Position numbers and translations under genes: made by a program. A stretch of 64,000 bases of DNA from Euglena gracilis (taxonomy: Eukaryota): NCBI GenBank assembly GCA_039621445.1, contig CP154954.1, forward strand, positions 34,507,737-34,571,736, in the 5' to 3' direction. A model generated the notes under the pieces. The model was not told the DNA's origin, did not search any database, and saw nothing but the letters and a program-made list of their open reading frames with translations. Positions 58,773 to 64,000 of this stretch are shown here, one piece after another (the first letter of the stretch is position 1; each line of letters starts with the position of its first letter).

Positions 58773-59414
58773 GGTACTTGTCTGTTATCGTACGACCGAC
58801 CCCCCCCTTTCGGTTATGGTGCGACGCCCGGTAATTATGGGGTTATTTGAAGGAGTAGGGTTAGGCGCTAATGGCCATGTTGCGCTACACGGCCGTGCTA
58901 TGCGGTCACGTAGCGCTACATGGGAGGTTCGGCAGCCATCCCCCCCCTGGTGGTTGGACCCCCTCGGCACAGCAAAATGGGGACCCCCCCCCCCTGGTCA
59001 GCCAACCCCCTCGGCACGGCATGCCGAACCATACCAATGAATTTTCCTTTGGGAAATTCCGGCTGTCCGCCACGGTGGACCCCCCCCCCCCTGGGGGACT
59101 GACCCCCTCGGCACGGCAAAATGGGCCCCCCCTGGTGGCCGAGGGTCCTCGTCAGACGTGCCGAACCTCCATGGCCGTGTTGCGCAACATGGCCATGTAG
59201 CGCAACATGGCCGTGTTGCGCTGCATGGCCATGTAGCGCTACGTGGCCGCGTAGCACAACACGGCCATGTTGCGCAACATGGCCGTGTTGCGCAACATGG
59301 CCATTCGCACCTAACCCAACTCCTTCAAATAACCCCATAATAACCCAAAAATAGGGCGTCGTACCATACCGAAAGGGGGGGGGGGCATCGGTTGTACGAT
59401 AACAGACAAGTACC
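58773..59414. mobile_element. MITE with long TIRs starting GGTAC and 8-bp TSD CTCTTTTC (Merlin-like); internal 18-bp tandem repeats
   Basis: TSD at 58765-58772 and 59415-59422; repeats ATGGCCGTGTTGCGCAAC. An internal segment also matches window positions 1-46 in reverse. Confidence 0.8.
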
Positions 59415-60249
59415 CTCTTTTCAACAGACGGCCCATTTTTGGGCCTCAAACCTCGCAATTTTTTCGCGAATTTTTTTTCTTGGGGAAGCCAGGCACAGAG
59501 GGTTCCAAGTCCAAGACACAGTTCTCAAAATAAAATCCCCTTGTGTGTGCAAGGCATGGATGGCCACGGGTAAACATAAAATGTGCAATGATGGAAGACA
59601 GCTGATGACACTCATATGACACCTTGCATGGCTGGCGTTTTGTGGGGAAAAAATGGGGGGCAAAAAAAACATCAAAAAAAAGGGGGGAAGTGAGACAAAA
59701 TTTCCCTCTGTCGCAAGGGTACTCAATGGTCCAAAATGCTGGAATGGAATTTTTGTTTGGAAAAAATCGGCACAATTGTTTTTGCCATTTTCAAGGGGGG
59801 TCAAAAATCTGTTTATGACCCTTGAGGCAGAGGGAGGGGGGTCCGAGGAGGGGGGGGGGGCGCCGCGAGGGGAGGGGTCTTCTCTCATCGTTCATCCATG
59901 TTATGTTTATTTATTCATTTTTTCAATGGCTTCTTAGATTATTTAAACATTTTTCTATCTAGAACAACATGACTGGCAGCAAGCACCCAAGGGACAGCCC
60001 AAACCCCAGCCCCTCCAAAAGAAGGAGAGAGGTGTGCCAAGGACATGACAGGCAACCCTTTTCAACAGCTTGCAAAACAAATTCACAAAAAAAGTGTTTT
60101 TGCAGACCACGGATCCCGACCCTGAATTTTGTTTTTGGCCACAAATATCAGGGCAGGCGTTTGGCGGGTTGAACACAGTTTTTTCAAAGGGAAAATTTTG
60201 ATAAGTTTCAATTTTCTTTTGGTGGTGAAATCGTGGAGGGATGACAGCG

Positions 60250-60260
60250 TGCGCGCACAC

Positions 60261-60341
<81 letters not shown>

Positions 60342-60420
60342 TGCACGCACGCACGCACACGCACGCACACCCACACACACACACGCGCGCGCGCGCACGC
60401 ACACACACAAACAAACACAA
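60250..60420. repeat. Compound (CA)n/(GCAC)n microsatellite
   Basis: Directly visible in the sequence. Confidence 0.95.
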
Positions 60421-60582
60421 ATACACTGACTGATTGTTGAAAATTGGTGATTGATTTTTTTTGGCGAGTGCTGGAGACCAGTCGCCAGCGACCATTGGTG
60501 GCACCTCTGGCGACCCCACTGGTGGTCGGGCCGACAAGTCGACCGACCACCAACAATATGACAGTGATTTTTGGACCCCCCA

Positions 60583-61645
60583 ATTGTAACCGTGAATTGA
60601 GGCCCGGCGCCTGCCCTGTATTTCGTGGGTGTGAACACGAAATACAGGGCGTTATTTTGGATTCACGAATACAGGCTGTATTCGTGAATAGGGAATTCAC
60701 GAAATACAGGCTGTATTTCGTGAATCGGATTTTTTTTTTGTGTTTTAACCAGCTTCTGAAACCAGAAACCTCCTTGCATCACATCGTCCGAAGTGATTCA
60801 GAAAAAAAACCAAATGCACAAAGCAAAAGAAAATTGAATGGCATATCCAGGGTGAGAAAAGAAGGCGGTGCACAACTAGTGCAACGTCAGACAGCAAAGT
60901 GTGTGGATTAACGCGGGGAAAGCTAACGTGGTTTGCATGAATGACACACCCATGACCCATGTTTGGGCTCATGGCATAAATTCACACAACGCCAGTGGTA
61001 TGAAAGGGAACAAACATCACACTGCACTCGGTTCATATCACGACACGGGGTGAACGACCACGCCACATCTGGCACATGTGGGGGCGGCTGACACAAGGCG
61101 GCGTTTCTCCCAACCCTGCTTAACTGTGGCCAAAAATTCAGCAACTTTTGGGGGTTGTGGCAACATTCTTTCCATGGTGTTTGCCGCTTTCTTCGCCATT
61201 TTTCGGAGAACAGACTGAGGAGAAACACAGTGTGAAGGTGGGAAAATAGCACTTTTTGCTCTAAAACCGAAAAGCATTGTGGGGGCCTTTGCGGGGGGAC
61301 CGGCCGCCTTCGGCGCCCCCCCCCCCAAAGTGCCCCCCAATAACTTGGCCTTACACCCATATCTCGTTTTCCAGGAGCAAGGGTGTGTTATCAATGTGTT
61401 CCAGGTCATCTCGACAATGTTTTCACATTTTGGTTTCTATTCACGGAATACAGGGCGTTATTTTCAATTCACGAATACAGGCTGTATTTGTGAATAGGGT
61501 ATTCACGAAATACAGGCTGTATTTCGTGAATAGGATTTTTAGGAAATTTTGGGCAAAAAAACGGTCCAAAAGTGCCCTAAACCATGGCGTGAAGCACATC
61601 AACGAAATACGGGGCAGGCGCCGGGCCTCTTGATTAACGGTTACA
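60583..61645. mobile_element. Inverted-repeat-bounded element containing a PHD-finger fragment
   Basis: GAGGCCCGGCGCCTGCCC.GTATTTCGT (60599) is inverted at 61602-61628; an internal ~90-bp repeat occurs at ~60638 and ~61445. Confidence 0.55.
60923..61095 (-). pseudogene. PHD finger fragment
   Basis: VQCDVCSLSYHWRCVNL.....GSWVCHSC matches the C-terminal PHD consensus (CxxC, HxxC, WxCxxC). Confidence 0.65.
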
Positions 61646-63034
61646 GAAAAATCGTGGGCTATAACCCGTATACAGGCCGTATAACGGGTCAAGGGCGCCG
61701 TAGGCACCCTTGACCCGTTATACGGCCTGTATACGGGCTCCGGGCGGGAAATTGGCCATGGAACTTTTGGTGGTCGCTAGCGACCGAATTCTGGCGACCG
61801 GTCGCTAGCGACCGTTGGTGGTCGGAGCGACCGGTCGCTAGCGACCATAGGTGTCACAAGGGGGGGTCGGGGAGGGCGCCCGCCCCCCCCGGGATTTTGG
61901 AAAGAAAAAAATTTTTGTAGCATGAATGTGATGTTTTTCTTTGTAATGCCATGTTCAATGGTTCAAAGGGCGTTACCGTCTCGGCTGCCTTCGGCAGCCA
62001 CCTTGCCAGTTAAAAGCACATTTTTGGAGAATGAAATTGCAAAATCCATTACCGTCTCGGCCGCCTTTGGCGGCCGAAATAAAAATCCTTGAAAAAACCC
62101 TACGGCACTTCTTGATGTTTAAACCGGCGTTTGAGACGCCGGGTCCAGGACAGAACCGGCGTCCCCCCCGCACGGGTTTTCCGGACGCCCGTTCTGTCCT
62201 AAAACCCGGCGTCAGGAACGCCGGTTCTGTCCAAAACCCGGCGTCCGGTTTGGATTTTGGCCACAAACCGCCTTTTTTTCCCCTCCTTTGGTGCTAATTG
62301 TTTCTTGGGACCCCACAAACCACTTTCACCTTGGCTGTTTGAATACAAACTGATATCCTCATATGTCCCCCTGCCTCCATTTTCTTGACCAGCCGAGTTT
62401 GGGGGAAACTCTTCGGGTCAACGAAAAAAAAATGATTTTGCGCAAAGTGAAAAAAAATGGCTTCACACCCCCCCCCCCAGTTTGCGAAGTCGACACAGTT
62501 GGTTTGAGTTGGGGGGTTTCCAAAGGGGTTCTACCCAGGGAGGCTAGGCACAATGGGGGGGGGGGGTGGGGGGGGGGGGGCGAGCGGCCGCGCGGGGGGG
62601 GAGGGGGAGGGGGGTCCGAGGGCGGCCGCCGCGGCGCGCGGCCCATTTTCGGGTCCAAAAGTGGCCATTTTTGGCCATTTTTGGGCCATTTTTGCAAAAA
62701 AAAATGCCTTTTTCTTGGGCACAGTGGGGGGCGGGGGGGGTTGAGGGTGGGGGGAGAGTTGCGTCACAGGGGCCGCGGGGGGGGGGGGAGGGGGGGGGTC
62801 CCGGACCCCCCTGAGCGGCGCGCCTAGCCTCCCCTCTTTCGCTTTCTAGCGTTTTTGGAGCATTGGACTTCAAAAAAGGCGTTAGCGTCTCGGCCCCTTT
62901 GGGTAAAAAAAAAATGGATTCTCTGTGTGCCATGAAAAAATTTTGTGTCGTTGGCCGGGAAAAAAAGATGCTCCCCCCCCGGGTTCGCCCCCCCCCCCCC
63001 CCCGAAAAAATTTCCTCCGCTTCGCGCCAAAAAA

Positions 63035-63076
<42 letters not shown>

Positions 63077-63164
63077 AGAAAACCATCCCCCCTCCTTTCC
63101 CCCCCCTCCCCTGGAAAATTTATAGAAATTTTGCTAAGTGTCATAGGATGGGGGGTGGACGTTG

Positions 63165-63200
<36 letters not shown>

Positions 63201-63594
63201 CTTGGGATAACCCTCACCCCCCCTCAGAGTAACGTTTTTTTTTTGCTTACCCCCCCCGCAAAGTGTGGAAGGAAAAATTTCCCCCAAAAGCCAAAATTTC
63301 ATATGGTTCCCGCTTTTAGGATCTTGCACTATGTCACACAATGTACGTTACTTGTCATTGGAAGGCGGGGGGGGGGTACGGGGGGAGGGGGGCGCAGCGG
63401 GGGGGGGGGGGGGGGGCGTGGCATAACCCTCCCCCCCCCCTCAGAGTGGCTAACGTTTTTTGTCAAATTTGCTTTACCCCCCCCTCAAAGTGGCCACTTT
63501 CGTTTGGCGCCAAAGCCCAAAAATTTACCCCCCAAAGTGTCCGCTTCCCCAGAGTGGCCGTTTTGGGGCCCCATGGTGCCTGGAGGGGGGGTGA

Positions 63595-64000
63595 GGGTAC
63601 ATGCGCACCTGGCCCTGGGTCGGTTACCCCCCCCCCCAGCGGGGATTTTGTTATTGGAGGGCGGGGGGGGGGGGGCGGCAGCCCCCCCCCCCCCGCTAGA
63701 CGACCAAGGGCGCCGAAGGCGCCTTGGGACGGTTTTGTTTACGGTGCGCGTGGCATTACATTGGGGGCCCTGGTATCATGCATCGTTTTTTGCCGTACCG
63801 CTAGACGACCAAGGGCGCCGAAGGCGCCTTGGGACGGTTTTGTTTACGGTGCCCGTGGCATTACATGCGCGCCTGGCCCTGCCGTACAACGGGGGGGGGG
63901 TTTTGTATAACATCCCAATGGGGGGAGGGCTTAAAAAATCTTTGGAGGGGGGGGGTGGTCGAAATTTTGGTGGTCGCTGGCGACCGGTCACTCCGACCAC
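63595..64000. repeat. Reverse-orientation copies of the ~163-bp repeat plus TIR-like sequence of the 45375-47615 family
   Basis: GCTAGACGACCAAGGGCGCCGAAGGCGCCTT..GGTTTTGTTTACGGTGC; GGGCTTAAAAA..TT.GAGGGGGGG..TTGGTGGTCG. Confidence 0.8.

Overview
A repeat-dense eukaryotic window, very likely euglenid, because it contains exact or near-exact Euglena-type spliced-leader exons (CTTTCTGAGTGTCTATTTTTTTTCG). No ordinary host gene is evident. Bases ~2.9-43.1 kb are a nested and tandem cluster of about ten copies or fragments of CRE-like non-LTR retrotransposons (RT with YLDD, CCHC knuckle, restriction-like endonuclease) from at least five diverged families. Their polyproteins are punctuated by virus-type 2A ribosomal-skipping motifs (8 found, one matching T2A over 17 residues). 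One element (12.35-18.8 kb) carries an N6-adenine DNA methyltransferase domain (NPPF) between two 2A motifs. Elements with intact 5' ends start with the SL exon, several copies are flanked by SL-like target-site duplications, and 3' ends carry one of two conserved structured modules. The rest of the window is non-autonomous DNA transposons (some nested in a retroelement, some carrying satellite arrays), tRNA-derived repeats and satellites. Many frameshifts may be homopolymer assembly errors rather than real decay. Family assignments are from motif recognition by eye, not database searches.
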